A stretch of 64,000 nucleotides of DNA. It comes from Camelus dromedarius (taxonomy: Eukaryota). The notes under the pieces were generated by a model that had not been told where the DNA came from, did not search any database, and worked only from the letters and a program-made list of their open reading frames with translations. Below, piece by piece: positions 1 to 11,100 of this stretch. Positions within the stretch are counted from its first letter, which is position 1. Each line of letters opens with the position of its first letter. The position numbers and the translations under genes are program-made. The stretch spans positions 23,622,001 through 23,686,000 of the forward strand of contig NC_087462.1 in assembly GCF_036321535.1 (NCBI RefSeq), given 5' to 3'.

Positions 1-1460
1 GTCTTACAAACACAGTATTTGGTGCACAATCAAAAATACCAGGAATCAAAGAGACAAGATACGAACAAAAAACAGAGAAAGGTAGGAAGGAAGAAACATA
101 GGCAGGTAGGGAAGAAGGGAGGCCAAGAGGAACTCCAGATATTGGCCTTTCAAATAACTAGTTCACTGTATTCAAGGAGGTAAAAGATCAAGAATTTCAG
201 TAGTAACTGAAATTTTCAAAAATCACACTAAAAAAATACAATGTAATGAATAGGTTTCATCACAGATTAAAAATAGATGAAAAGAGAATTAGTGAACTCA
301 AGTCTAGTCAGATTAAAATACTCAAAATGAAGCAGAGAAAACAAAATCATGGTACATACAACACTGTGGGTAAGAAAGAAAGGAAAGAGAGAGGGTCCTC
401 ATTGTATATAATTGAAGTTTCAGAATGAGTAGCAAGAAAACAGGGCAAAAAAAAAAAAAAACAACATTTAAAGAGATATCTAAGCACTTAATGATTTAAA
501 GACATTATGCCACACATCTTAAGTCTTACTAACGAAAGGAGACAAATAAAAAGAATATCATAACTAAGTACATTAAAAAGAGAGGAAGGGAGAAAAAAAA
601 AATCAAAACAAAGCAAAAGAACCCCAGATACTCTTAAAAGCAACCAGAAGGGAAAAAAGACAGATGACCTTCAAAAGAGCTACAATTAGCCTAACACCAG
701 AATTCTCAACAGAACCACTAGGAGTAAAAAGGCAACAGACTGATACATTTGGAGTTGAAAGGAGCTAACAATCAACACAGACTTTTATACTTAGCAGATG
801 TACCCTTCAAGAAGGAAGGTGCTCTCTGGGCTCGGACCCAGTTTCCACCAACGTGGCTAAATGCGCTGAGGTCGGGACCGTCCGTAAATACGGGCCCTGT
901 TATGATGCCTCCCTCAGGAAGACAGGGAAGAAAACTGAAATCAGCCAGCACGCCAACCACATTTGCTCTTTCTGGGGCAAAACCAAGATGAAGAGGCGAG
1001 CTGTGGGCATCTGGCACTGTGATTCCCACGTGAAAACGGGAGCCGGTGGCACCTGGACCCACGGCACCACTTCTGCCCTCAGTACCATCCGCCATCAGAG
1101 GCCTGAAGGAACTGAAGGACCAGCGGGAGCACCACCACGTGAAACACTGCTGGCCTAGGACGAGTAGGCTAATTTATACAGCTGAAAAAAGAATGAAGGT
1201 GAAGTTAAGACATTTTCAGACAAAATCCTTAAAACGGTCTTTCTTCAGGGAGAAGGAAAGTGATCCAGAACCAGACGTAAAGTCAGAGATTCAGGAAGGC
1301 AGAGCAATAAATAAAGTAAACATGAAAATAGAAATCGAAGTAAATATTTGGCTGCATAAAACAATCATGTTTTGTGTGATTCAAAACAGAAAGATAACAA
1401 TGGGATAAAAGGAGTTAAAGCGTTGGAAGAACCTTGCGCTGTCCTGCACGGAGGTGAAAG
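1..1460 (+). mobile_element. Old L1 ORF1-region remnant interrupted by the RPL37A retrocopy (bounds approximate)
   Basis: A-rich degenerate ORF1-like text (gaaaagagaattagtgaactc; ttcaaaagagctacaattag...gaattctcaacag; gaaggtgaagttaagacattttcagac) continues on both sides of the TSD. Confidence 0.65.
822..1188 (+). pseudogene. RPL37A: Processed RPL37A pseudogene (retrocopy), coding remnant 853-1126
   Basis: Intronless [60 protein letters not shown]. Start is GTG, about 2 nt deleted near 1080, stop read as CGG. 5' TOP-like start ctctctgggctcggacc, short A tail, and 13-bp TSD (809-821 and 1189-1201, 1 mismatch). Confidence 0.92.
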
Positions 1461-1734
1461 TACATGTTATTAGACTTTGGTAAAACATGATGTGTGTTTT
1501 AAACTGCAGAGTAACCACTAAAATATTGGGAAACAAGCACAGAACTTTCAAGCCAGTAGATGTAAAAGTGGAATAAAAATTAACCAACCCAGAAGAAGTC
1601 AAGACCAGAGAGAACACTCAGTACAAATAGAAAGTAAATAGTCAGATGGCAGATTAAACCCAAATATATCAGTAATTTTACTAAATGTAGATAAATGCTG
1701 GTAAGGATACACAGGATCTCCCTGCATTACTTTT

Positions 1735-1962
1735 TATCTTTTTTTAAGTTGAAGTATAGTTGACACACAATATTATATCAGTCTCAGGTGTACCACATAG
1801 GGATTCGACATTTATACACATTATGAATTGATCACCATAGTAAGTTTAGTAACTGCCACCACAGAAAGTTATTGCAATGTTACAGACCACAGTGCCTATG
1901 CGGTACATCACATCCTTGTGACTTATTAATTTTGTAACTAAAAGTCTGTACCTCTTAATCTC
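1735..1962 (-). mobile_element. L1 3'-end fragment, antisense, nested in older L1 (approximate)
   Basis: tttttaagttgaagtatagttgacacacaatattatatcagtctcaggtgtacc resembles a laurasiatherian L1 3' terminus in reverse. Confidence 0.65.
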
Positions 1963-1989
1963 TATTATTTCTTACAACTGCATGTGAAT

Positions 1990-3940
1990 CTATATTTATC
2001 TCAAAATTAAAAGTTTTATTTAAAAAATAACACATCAAAGACTTAAAATTAAGAGCTAAGATTATAAAACTCTTAGAAGAAAACATGGGGAAAATCTTCA
2101 TAACACTGGATTTAGCAATGATTTCCTGGGTGTGACACCAAAGCACAGGCAACAAAAAAACTAGGTAAACTGGACTTCATCAAAATTAAAATCTTTTACA
2201 CATCATAGAACATCAAGAGAACGGAAAGATAACCGACAGAATCGCAGAAAATACTTCCAAGCCATTTACNNNNNNNNNNNNNNNNNNNNNNNNNNNNNNN
2301 NNNNNNNNNNNNNNNNNNNNNNNNNNNNNNNNNNNNNNNNNNNNNNNNNNNNNNNNNNNNNNNNNNNNNNNNNNNNNNNNNNNNNNNNNNNNNNNNNNNN
2401 NNNNNNNNNNNNNNNNNNNNNNNNNNNNNNNNNNNNNNNNNNNNNNNNNNNNNNNNNNNNNNNNNNNNNNNNNNNNNNNNNNAATAAGTGTTCCAAGGGC
2501 TTGGAGAAATTGGAACCCTGGTGCAGTTGCTGATGGGAATGTAAAATGGTGTAGTTACTGGGGAAAACAGCTTGGTGGGCCTCAAAATGTTAAACAGAGT
2601 GACCTTATGACCCAGCAATGCCACTTTCTAGGTACATACGAAAAGAAGTGAGAGCAGGCACTCAGACATTTGTGTATACCCATGTTCACAGCGGCACCGT
2701 TCGCAAGAGGAACTCACAAAGGTAGAAACAACCCAAGTGTCCACCAACAGATGAATGGATAAACAAAATGTGATCTGTACGTACACACGTGCGCNNNNNN
2801 NNNNNNNNNNNNNNNNNNNNNNNNNNNNNNNNNNNNNNNNNNNNNNNNNNNNNNNNNNNNNNNNNNNNNNNNNNNNNNNNNNNNNNNNNNNNNNNNNNNN
2901 NNNNNNNNNNNNNNNNNNNNNNNNNNNNNNNNNNNNNNNNNNNNNNNNNNNNNNNNNAGAATCAAATAAAGAGACAGAAAGCAGAACGGTGGCTATGGGG
3001 CTGTTGGGGGAGGGGTGATGGGGAGTTAGCGTGTAATGAGTTTGAGNNNNNNNNNNNNNNNNNNNNNNNNNNNNNNNNNNNNNNNNNNNNNNNNNNNNNN
3101 NNNNNNNNNNNNNNNNNNNNNNNNNNNNNNNNNNNNNNNNNNNNNNNNNNNNNNNNNNNNNNNNNNNNNNNNNNNNNNNNNNNNNNNNNNNNNNNNNNNN
3201 NNNNNNNNTTTTCTTTTTCATGCAGACACATATTTACAGTAATCAGATTTTTGTTGATGGCCATTATATTTTTAAATACTTTCTCAATCCAATGAGTATC
3301 CTACTGAAGAGAATAGCTTCATAAAATAAACTATTTAAAATTCATAAAAATAAACAAATAACTGTGCAAAGGCCTAATTATATGCTGTTTACAAGAGACA
3401 ACTCTCAAAGACAAAGAAATGGGAAAAAGAAAAGGATAGAAAAAGATACTGCATGCAAACATAAGCAAAAACAAGCTCACGCAGCTAGGTGTGTCAGTAA
3501 TCAAGTTTAGAGGGGGACCCTTCTCTATGACAAAGGATTCCTTTTATCAGGATAATTTCAGTCTCAAAACATACAAAGCAGAAACCGACCACCTGGAAAG
3601 ATAAAGACAAATGCACACAAAGAAATTTTAATACACCTCTCCTACTAACTGATAAAAATGAGGAAAAATGTCAGGAAAGATATAGAGATTTGAACGCAAT
3701 CAGCAATCTTGACCTAAGGACCTAAACAGCATCCTTCACTCAACTAGCAGAATCCACATCCTTTGCAAGCACATATGGAATGTTCCCCCAAAAAGCTGAT
3801 CCTCTGAAGGACCATCTACTAGTCTCAATAGATCTCCAAGCACTGAAATCACAGTCTGTCCCTTGACCATGAGGAAATTAAACCAGAGATCAGTAATAAC
3901 TTAAAAAATAAAGATAACTAGAAAGCCCTCATATATTTCA
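1990..3940 (+). mobile_element. L1 ORF2/3'UTR and endonuclease-region remnants (several pieces, three N gaps; approximate)
   Basis: aaaactcttagaagaaaacatggg, ggagaaattggaaccct, aacaacccaagtgtcc..cagatgaatggataaacaaaatgtg, tatatgctgtttacaagagac. Confidence 0.7.
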
Positions 3941-6900
3941 AAAAAAAAATTGAAAACAAATCTCACGTACACAAAGGTCAGCCCAGAAAGCAAGATTTCA
4001 AATGGCCTCTTTGGTGCCCAGGAGTTTTCTGTGCGTGGGAACAATGCACTCAGATAAGACCCCAAGCAGGTGCGCATGAGGTGTGCCTCCCAGCATAAGG
4101 GCAACTGTGAACAGGAAGGTCCCTGGCATGTTTGCAGGGAGATCAGTTTCAGGAAAGAGTACACACGGAAGCTGAGGACCTGGAAACCCACACCTCTAAG
4201 ACTATCCAGGCCTTAGAAAGTCTCCACGTACTGCAGACAAGACTGCAGATCAGAGGATAGAAATACTACGACGACACGGACAATATAAAACCTCTGAAGG
4301 ATTTGAAGCAGATGAAGTACGGGCTGGAACTGATGCAGGAGCTGCTCTGGGGGGCAGAACATAACATGGGCATCATCCTCCACCCCGGCTGCACAGCTGA
4401 GAAACCTGGGGAGCTCAGAAATCTTAATGCCCTGGACGCCCCCTCAGGCCATCTAAATCAGAATCAATCATTTGGCAGCCACGGCCCATTTTACAGTCAG
4501 ATGGTTTCCACGTCTCGGCCTGTAACAAAGCGAATCCAACAGTCAGCTGCTACACCAAAATTTTTGATGAAAGATCACTACATGATTTGGGGTTGCTAAA
4601 CCAAAGAAATTCAAAATATTGAGTGGCCCTGCAATAATAAAACCCCCGTCTCCAGCTACTATTTAAGCAAATAGTTTCTCAGCAGTCACGTGAATTAAAA
4701 CAAAGAGCACCAGTCGTGTTGAAGCTTCAGTCTGACAATGCCGTCCATCCGGGTGGGGGTGGGGAGATGACAGCTCAATGAGACGCATTTCAATGCATGT
4801 TTACTTTTGTGTAATAATCATTCAAAAAGTGTGCAGTGCATTTCTTTTGATCAACTGTTTACCAATGATAACTATAATAATCCCAAAGAAAATATTAAAA
4901 CTTAATTTCAAGCTCCCAATGAAGTTAAAAAGCTTAAATTACCCTCATTTTAGTTGGAAAGGAAATATGATGGGCTAATCAATATGAGATTTCCCAGCAA
5001 TAAATACACTGCACTAGGATAAAATTCAGTGCAGGAAATGAAATGAAAATACAAGTTGGATTTTAAAAAACCTGATGTACAATTTCGGCTTATTCATCGT
5101 GTTTAAGAGTGGATATCAAACTGCTATATGTAGATTCCACTGAGTACGCTTGAGTACTGAACAATTTTATTCTAAAACAATACTTTAAATATGCTGGAAA
5201 TTGCATCCTTTGCAAATATTTAAACTTATGATAAGCAATCTTGGATATCAATTCTTTTTTTTTTGTATTTTTGTCTTGTGTGGGTTTTTTTTTTTCAGTA
5301 TCAAGTCTTAAAAAGTTCAAGGGGATATATACTTTCAGACAGCACATCAGCAAAAAAAATTTACAGACCATTAAAAGTTAAATAAAAAAAAAAGCTTAAA
5401 GACCACTGCTGTAGCCTCCACACAAGACCATCTCGAGCCCAGCCCCTTGTGGCCTGCGTTCCAGCCGTCAGCCACCTGGAGCTCTAGTCAGGCTGGGCCA
5501 CCCCTTGGTCCGCACCCTCCCACGCCCATGCCACAGCTGGAGCTGTGTCTTATCGCTGCTTAGAAGACAGCAGGTGCTTGGGAGTGTTTGCTAACTTGAT
5601 GCCTCTCCCAGGTGGAGCGAGGGAAGGGGACAAAAAAGAGAAAATTCCAGAAAGCATTTCTTCAACCCAGTAAAGGAAAAGGTGGTTCTTGAGAAACACT
5701 GGGCAGAAAATCCTAAGAGTTCCAAGCATTTCTTTCAGGAAAGAGAAGGAAACACTCCATCCAACCCTTTAGGGGAAATCTGCGGGGCCTAAAGGGAAAG
5801 GTCCTAGAGCTGAACAACCAGGTGGTGGAGGAAGACAAGGCAGTTATATTTCAGACGGTGAAAATTCGTTGGAGGCTAAGTGAAGAGACCTTTCAGCCCT
5901 GGGACATCACTGACCACCAACGACCTACAACTGTAATTGACTTGTGACGAAATCAATTTCTAACAGTTCCGGCACTACTTGTACCTCATTAAAATAAAAT
6001 TTTTTTTAATGCTATGCTGAGCTCATTTCCTTGAAAAATATAAGGCTGCGTTAACATTTTAAAAAATTATCTGAAACTCCTAAGACAGAATAATGCAACA
6101 GAATGTGATTCGGAGGAAACAAGGTAGTTCATGAACTCTCTGAGTGGGTGGCACTCGAGTTAGGACTTAACAGATAAGAAAGAACCAAGGAGGCCTGAAG
6201 AGCCAGGAGGCAGTGTCCCAGTGGAGGGAACAGGTGCAAAGGTCCTGAGGCAAGAAGGCAGCCAGAGAGATTGGAACAAAATTAACACAGCGAATGACTG
6301 CAGATGCCAGGCACCAGGGGCCAGACGGTCCAGACATAATGCATGTTTATCCCCTTAGAGGATTCCCCAGGCTCTGAGGATAAGGGTGAAAGCTAAAGAA
6401 AGCATCTCCAGATGCCCCTAGCAGGAAGGAGAGGAGGAGGTGAGGGAACAGACAGATGAGGCAACACAAGGACACTCTGGGCTCTCAGAAGTCATCCTGA
6501 AGGGACCAAAAGGCAGGGTGATGGAGGAAACTAGGACACTGGCCCAAGCTTAAGCCGTGGGAAGGACTGGCATCAGGCAGGCTTGGGGAGGAGCGGGTTC
6601 TGCCCCCAATTATTCCCCTGTCACCCCTTCCTTGACCTTTCTCAGTGTGGAGTCTGTGTAGCAGCTAATCTTGGCCACTCCTTATGTATGACACGTGCGT
6701 GACACCTGAGGCTCCCTTACCTCTGCAGCAAAGGTCACAGAAAACTAAAACTGCCCACGAGTCCAGCCCCTCCACACCACTGACGACCAGACCCTCAATC
6801 AAGCACTGGGGAAGTGGGCTGAGTCTGCAAATATTTCTGAGGAGTTCCTCCACTGTCCGTACGGGGGTCAAGGGTAGTGAGCGAACTGCTGGGCTTGGAG

Positions 6901-7437
6901 ATGAGACAGATCAGGGTTTAATTGCTGCTTATGCCATTCACCATCAATGTTAGCTCTGAATAAAGTCACGATAGCCATGAGTATCAAACAGTCTGAGAAT
7001 TAAACGTAATAAGGCATGTTAAAGTCAGTGCCTAACACACAAAACACTCAATAAAGATCCCGTTCGTTTAATTTATCCCACTAATGAGAGAGTTCAGTTC
7101 ACGTGGTCAACAGCTCCACTACTAACTGGCTATGTGAAAATGCCTTTGGGGAAGGCTTTTTCAACTCTTGAGTCTTAGCTTCTTAGTCAGTAAAATGGAG
7201 CTACTTCACATGGCTTTCGAAGGAATGAAGTGAGAATGGTGTACAAAGCGTCAAGCACAGCTCCGGACACGAGGTAACTCCAACAGCCATTACTTGTTAT
7301 TACTGGCGTGTGACCAAGGTGGGGAAGGGGGCGGGGGACGGAGATGTAGCTTTTAAACCAAGCTCAGGTCTGGGCTGCTGAAGGCTAGCTGTAATGGCTT
7401 ACTTAAGGGTCTGCCTAGTCTCTTGGAAACCACTCAC

Positions 7438-7556
7438 CTGGTGGTTCCAGATAGAGCCCTCTTTGCTGCGCTCGTCAGGGGTCAGACGCACGTACTGGCT
7501 CGTGAGTATGGTACTGCCCTGGAAGTCCCAAAGAGGCATGGAGCTGGAACCGACCC
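7438..7556 (-). CDS. LMAN2: LMAN2 exon 2 (119 nt)
   Basis: acag|GGGTCGGT ... CACCAG|gtgagt; phase 1 to phase 0. Confidence 0.97.
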
Positions 7557-7920
7557 CTGTGGGCAGAGACACGGGCACAGACAGGTGCACAAGAGGCCAG
7601 GCCAGGACTGGCTTTGCCAGAGGCAGGAAACCCGAAGAGTTGCTCTGATCAGGAGAAAGGGCACCCCTTCCCCAACCCCGACCAGCCTCGCCCTCACTGC
7701 ACTCATTCCCGCCCCAGGCCTCACCTTGGTAGGGCTTGATGAGCGAATGCTCCCGCTTGAGGTGTTCACTGTTGCCGTCAGTTATATCCGCAGCCACCGG
7801 CCCCAGCAACAGGAGAAGAAGTAGAGGTGTAGTGGGGCCAGGGCCGGGGCCGGGAAGCCCAGGCCTCCCCAGGCACCGCCGGCCCCAGCCCCTGCGCCAA
7901 ATACAGCCAGCCGCCGCCAT
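7438..7920 (-). CDS. LMAN2: LMAN2 (VIP36 lectin), 5' part: coding exons 1-2; remaining exons lie left of the window
   Basis: MAAAGCIWRRGWGRRCLGRPG...DITDGNSEHLKREHSLIKPYQ/GVGSSSMPLWDFQGSTILTSQYVRLTPDERSKEGSIWNHQ matches VIP36. Exons of 196 and 119 nt with GT-AG boundaries. Exon 3 not found in 1-7437. Confidence 0.97.
7725..7920 (-). CDS. LMAN2: LMAN2 exon 1 (196 nt coding)
   Basis: ATG at 7920-7918; donor CAAG|gtgag; encodes signal peptide. Confidence 0.97.
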
Positions 7921-8530
7921 TCTCCGTTCCTCTCCGCCACTTCCGTCCTAGGACTTCCGCCTTCCGGGTGTTCCATCTAATGGCCTCCGACCGGAAGCCC
8001 TCCAACTCTCAGGAACTCCCAGCAAAAGCAAATCCTCGGTGCTGATGGGACGGCGGCTTTATTTGTTGAGCAGCTCCCCATTCTAGTCAAGTACCTTGGC
8101 TGCTGCGAGGCGCCTGTCGGCCAGCCTCAGCAGTGGGTTCTTACGAGCGACAAGAGCAGCAACCAATCACGGAACAGCACGTTCGGCTTGCGGGCCAACG
8201 CGGAGCAGAGGGATGATTTGAGTCGGCGAGCAGTGCGAGGGTCGTCTGCGGAGTGGGGCATGCTGGAACTTGTAGTTTTTGTGGGCCGCTCGTGCGGGCG
8301 GGGAAGGGAATGAAGCCTTCAACAGTTTTGGCCTCTAGTCACTGGTCGCGTCCCTGGAGTAACCTTTCTCAATCCCAGGAGAAAGGAGTTCTGAACCGAA
8401 GGCGGAGACCTGAATTCCAACTCCCGCTCCGCCTAGAACTCACTGGCGAGCTTTTAGACGTCTCCGGCTTTACCGCCCCCAGCTCCACGTCTTTGGAAAT
8501 TTAGAATTCCCACAATTATTTGATGGCGTC
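7913..8530. promoter_or_regulatory. LMAN2 CpG-island, TATA-less, bidirectional-type promoter
   Basis: ETS/GABP cores acttccg at about 7939 and 7953, cttccgg at 7961, ccggaag at 7991. CCAAT at 8163-8167. ZNF143/THAP11-type motif (reverse actacaagttccagcatgc) at 8258-8276 and ttcccacaat at about 8507. Confidence 0.7.
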
Positions 8531-10204
8531 CACTACTTCCAGTTCCTCCGACCCAGTCGGGTTTCAGCAGGAGGAGCAAACCGGGATACTGTCCCAGTGA
8601 TGGTTGGGACCCATTCGGATCCAAACGATTGTAGCCCCCGCCCTGTGCAGCAAGAAGCGTCTGTGAAAGGTCCAGGAAAGCTGGCTGTGGATCATAGGTC
8701 GAAAACTGATAGCCCGCAGCCAAACAGAGCTCTTGCTGATGCTATTTAAGTAAGTGACTTAACTACTGATATTTTAATTAGGAGACAAATTCGCAGTGGA
8801 AACTCAAATTTCCAGCTTCCCAAGAAAAATTGGAAGATCCAACCACACTAAGCTCATAGGGCTACCCCCATGAAAATGCCTTCCTTTTCTAAATTAGTCT
8901 CCATTCTGAGCGGTAATTTACAGCACCTGCCTGGCCCCTCTAGCCACTTGGATTAATGACTCCTGTTATAGATCACAAGGTGGGAGAGTTGGTTCCTTGT
9001 TCCTTTACGAAGTTGCCCTTTTGAGTGAATTAACTTACTCAGGATTAAGTGTTGAGTCATCTTTTTAAAATGTGACTTTATATACAAACACAAACAAATA
9101 TATATACATATGTGTATATGTAACATACGTGCAACAACAAAAGCCCAAGGGGTATACCCTTCCAGAGATGTGTCTATATCTAAGCAAACAAGAACATGAG
9201 CATTCCACTAGACCCCCGTAAGGGCTGGATACTTATCAGCTATAGTCACTACTGAATCCCCAGCATCTAGAACAGTGCTGGGCACATAGAAGGTGATTAA
9301 TAAATAATTGGTGAAAGAATGAATGTTTGTTCTAGAACCTGGAATAGGGTCATGAAGAATCAGCAGTAGTTTGTCAAAAAGAGGAAAGGCACTCTCAGCA
9401 AAGAAAACAGGAAATGCAAAGGCCAGGAGGGATCCTTGAAAGCATAAAGAATGCAAGCAGTTTGGAATGGCTGAGGAGTGGTAGGGAGAGTTTGGCTGAG
9501 GCCAGAATTCTAAGGGCCTTCAATTCCCAGCTAAGGTACATGGCCTTTTCCCAGAAGGCAATGGGATGGTGTTAAGCATGGGGGTGACCAATATGGGTTT
9601 CTCTGGCTCCAGATAAGATAAGGAGCCAATAAGAGGTCACTGTGACCAGATAAGAGAGAGTGGTGCCTGACCCAAGGAGGTCTCCACAGGGAAGGGTCAT
9701 CAGAAGTCCCATGGTGGGGGAGGGTATAACTCGGTGGTAGAGTGTGTGCTTGGCATGCATGAGGTCCTGGGTTCAATCCTCAGTACTTCCATCAAAAATA
9801 AAGAAATAAACCTAATTACTCCCTCCCCCCCAATAAATAAATAAAAATAAAATAATAAATATATTTTTTAAGTCCCACAGGAAAACTAGATATCAGTAAC
9901 TAATTAATTCCCTGTGAGAAGCCACAGAAAGAGAAGTTGAGAAGTGTCCTGTGGAGTGAAGAAAATTAAACAAGGGCTATGAGATAGTAAGTCCCAGGGT
10001 TGGCTGGAGTCCCTGGGGTAAAGATGTGGTCAGAGCTGAAACTAGCATCCATGGTGGAGTGGTAGGGAGAGGCAGAAGAAAGCCTTGCTCACCGACTCAA
10101 ATCCTCCCTCTGCTCCATGTTGGCCCACAAGCCGAACGTGCTGTTCCATGATTGGTTGCTGCTTTTGTCTCTCTTAAGAACCCATTGCTGAGGCTGGCCG
10201 ACAG
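8114..10204. repeat. 119-bp inverted repeat pair: 8114-8232 and 10086-10204
   Basis: Hand alignment of the reverse complement gives 10 mismatches in 119 bp with no indels. Confidence 0.92.
9715..9869 (+). mobile_element. tRNA-derived SINE, vic-1-like (camelid)
   Basis: A box (taactcggtggtagag), B box (gggttcaatcc), A-rich tail, flanking aagtccca repeat. Confidence 0.8.
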
Positions 10205-10364
10205 CTGCTGCTTCTTCTGCAGCAGGAGAGGATGCGCTTAGGAGGAGTTCCCAGGCAGATCCTGTGATTGGGTCTTTGCAGAGAGGAAGAAGCGCTGTTA
10301 GAGACGGGACCAGCGGTGGCCCAGGCTCAGCTCCTGATATCCCAAGCACAGACATTCAAGGCAA

Positions 10365-10500
10365 TCTCTAACTTGTCTAAACTTGGGTGACTCACTTCTC
10401 TCAGAGTCCAGTTTCCTGATCTGTAAAATGGGAATAATGAGCACCACTAACAAAGAGGTTATGAGGATCAAATGAGGTCACGTGTGGGAAAGACCCTATG
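10365..10500 (+). mobile_element. MIR (approximate). Further MIR fragments near 7140-7290, 13270-13415, 15300-15500, 17330-17500, 18640-18850, 42490-42620, 55290-55500 and 57130-57335.
   Basis: Core cagtttcctgatctgtaaaatgggaataat...tgaggatcaaatgag. Confidence 0.7.
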
Positions 10501-10744
10501 AAGCTAGGCCTGGATCCACAGCACAGTAGACAGGCAGGCAGTCTCCAGTCACATCACACACCGTATCAACCTGTCACAGGCATACTGACGCTGTCAGACA
10601 TCTTATTAAGGCCCTCTTGACAATGTGCCAGGCCCCAAAGCAACCCCCAATATACACCCCAAGTATGACCAAATCCCTCTCTCTGGGTGGCCTAGAGCAA
10701 GGTGTCTGGAAAGAGGTGAGTTAGGACTGGTTGAAGAGGTATAT

Positions 10745-11100
10745 TAACTAGGGCAATGCTAGTAGCTATAACAAATAGACCCTAAGGTGTCTAATGGCTC
10801 CAAGAAGTTGATTTCTCTCTTACTTAGAAGTCCAAAACTGGTGTTCCTGGTTGATGAGTGGCTTGCCTCCTTATGCTGATGCAGAGATCCAGGCTCCTTC
10901 CTTCTTGTGCCTCTACCATCCCTTAGGACTTCATCTTCTCCATCCAGCCAGCTAAAGGGGAGGGCATACACGGCTTAAAAGCCTCGGCACACATCACTCC
11001 ACTCACATTCAGTGGCTGGGAACTAGTTGGCACATGGCCACACCTGACTGCAAGGGAGGCTGGGAAATCAAAGTTTAGCTGTGTGCTCAGGAGGAAGAGG
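10745..11100 (-). mobile_element. Old MaLR LTR fragment (MLT1J/K-like; approximate)
   Basis: cagagatccaggctccttcc..., cacatggccacacctgactgcaagggaggctgggaaat. Confidence 0.55.

Noticed and set aside
853-1158. Functional RPL37A paralogue
   Set aside because: GTG start, frameshift, lost stop and two lost zinc ligands.
9715-9790. tRNA genes at the five GGGTATAGCTCAGTGGTAGAG...GGTTCAATCC loci
   Set aside because: They have A-rich tails, TSDs and degenerate stems, so they are tRNA-derived SINEs rather than tRNA genes.
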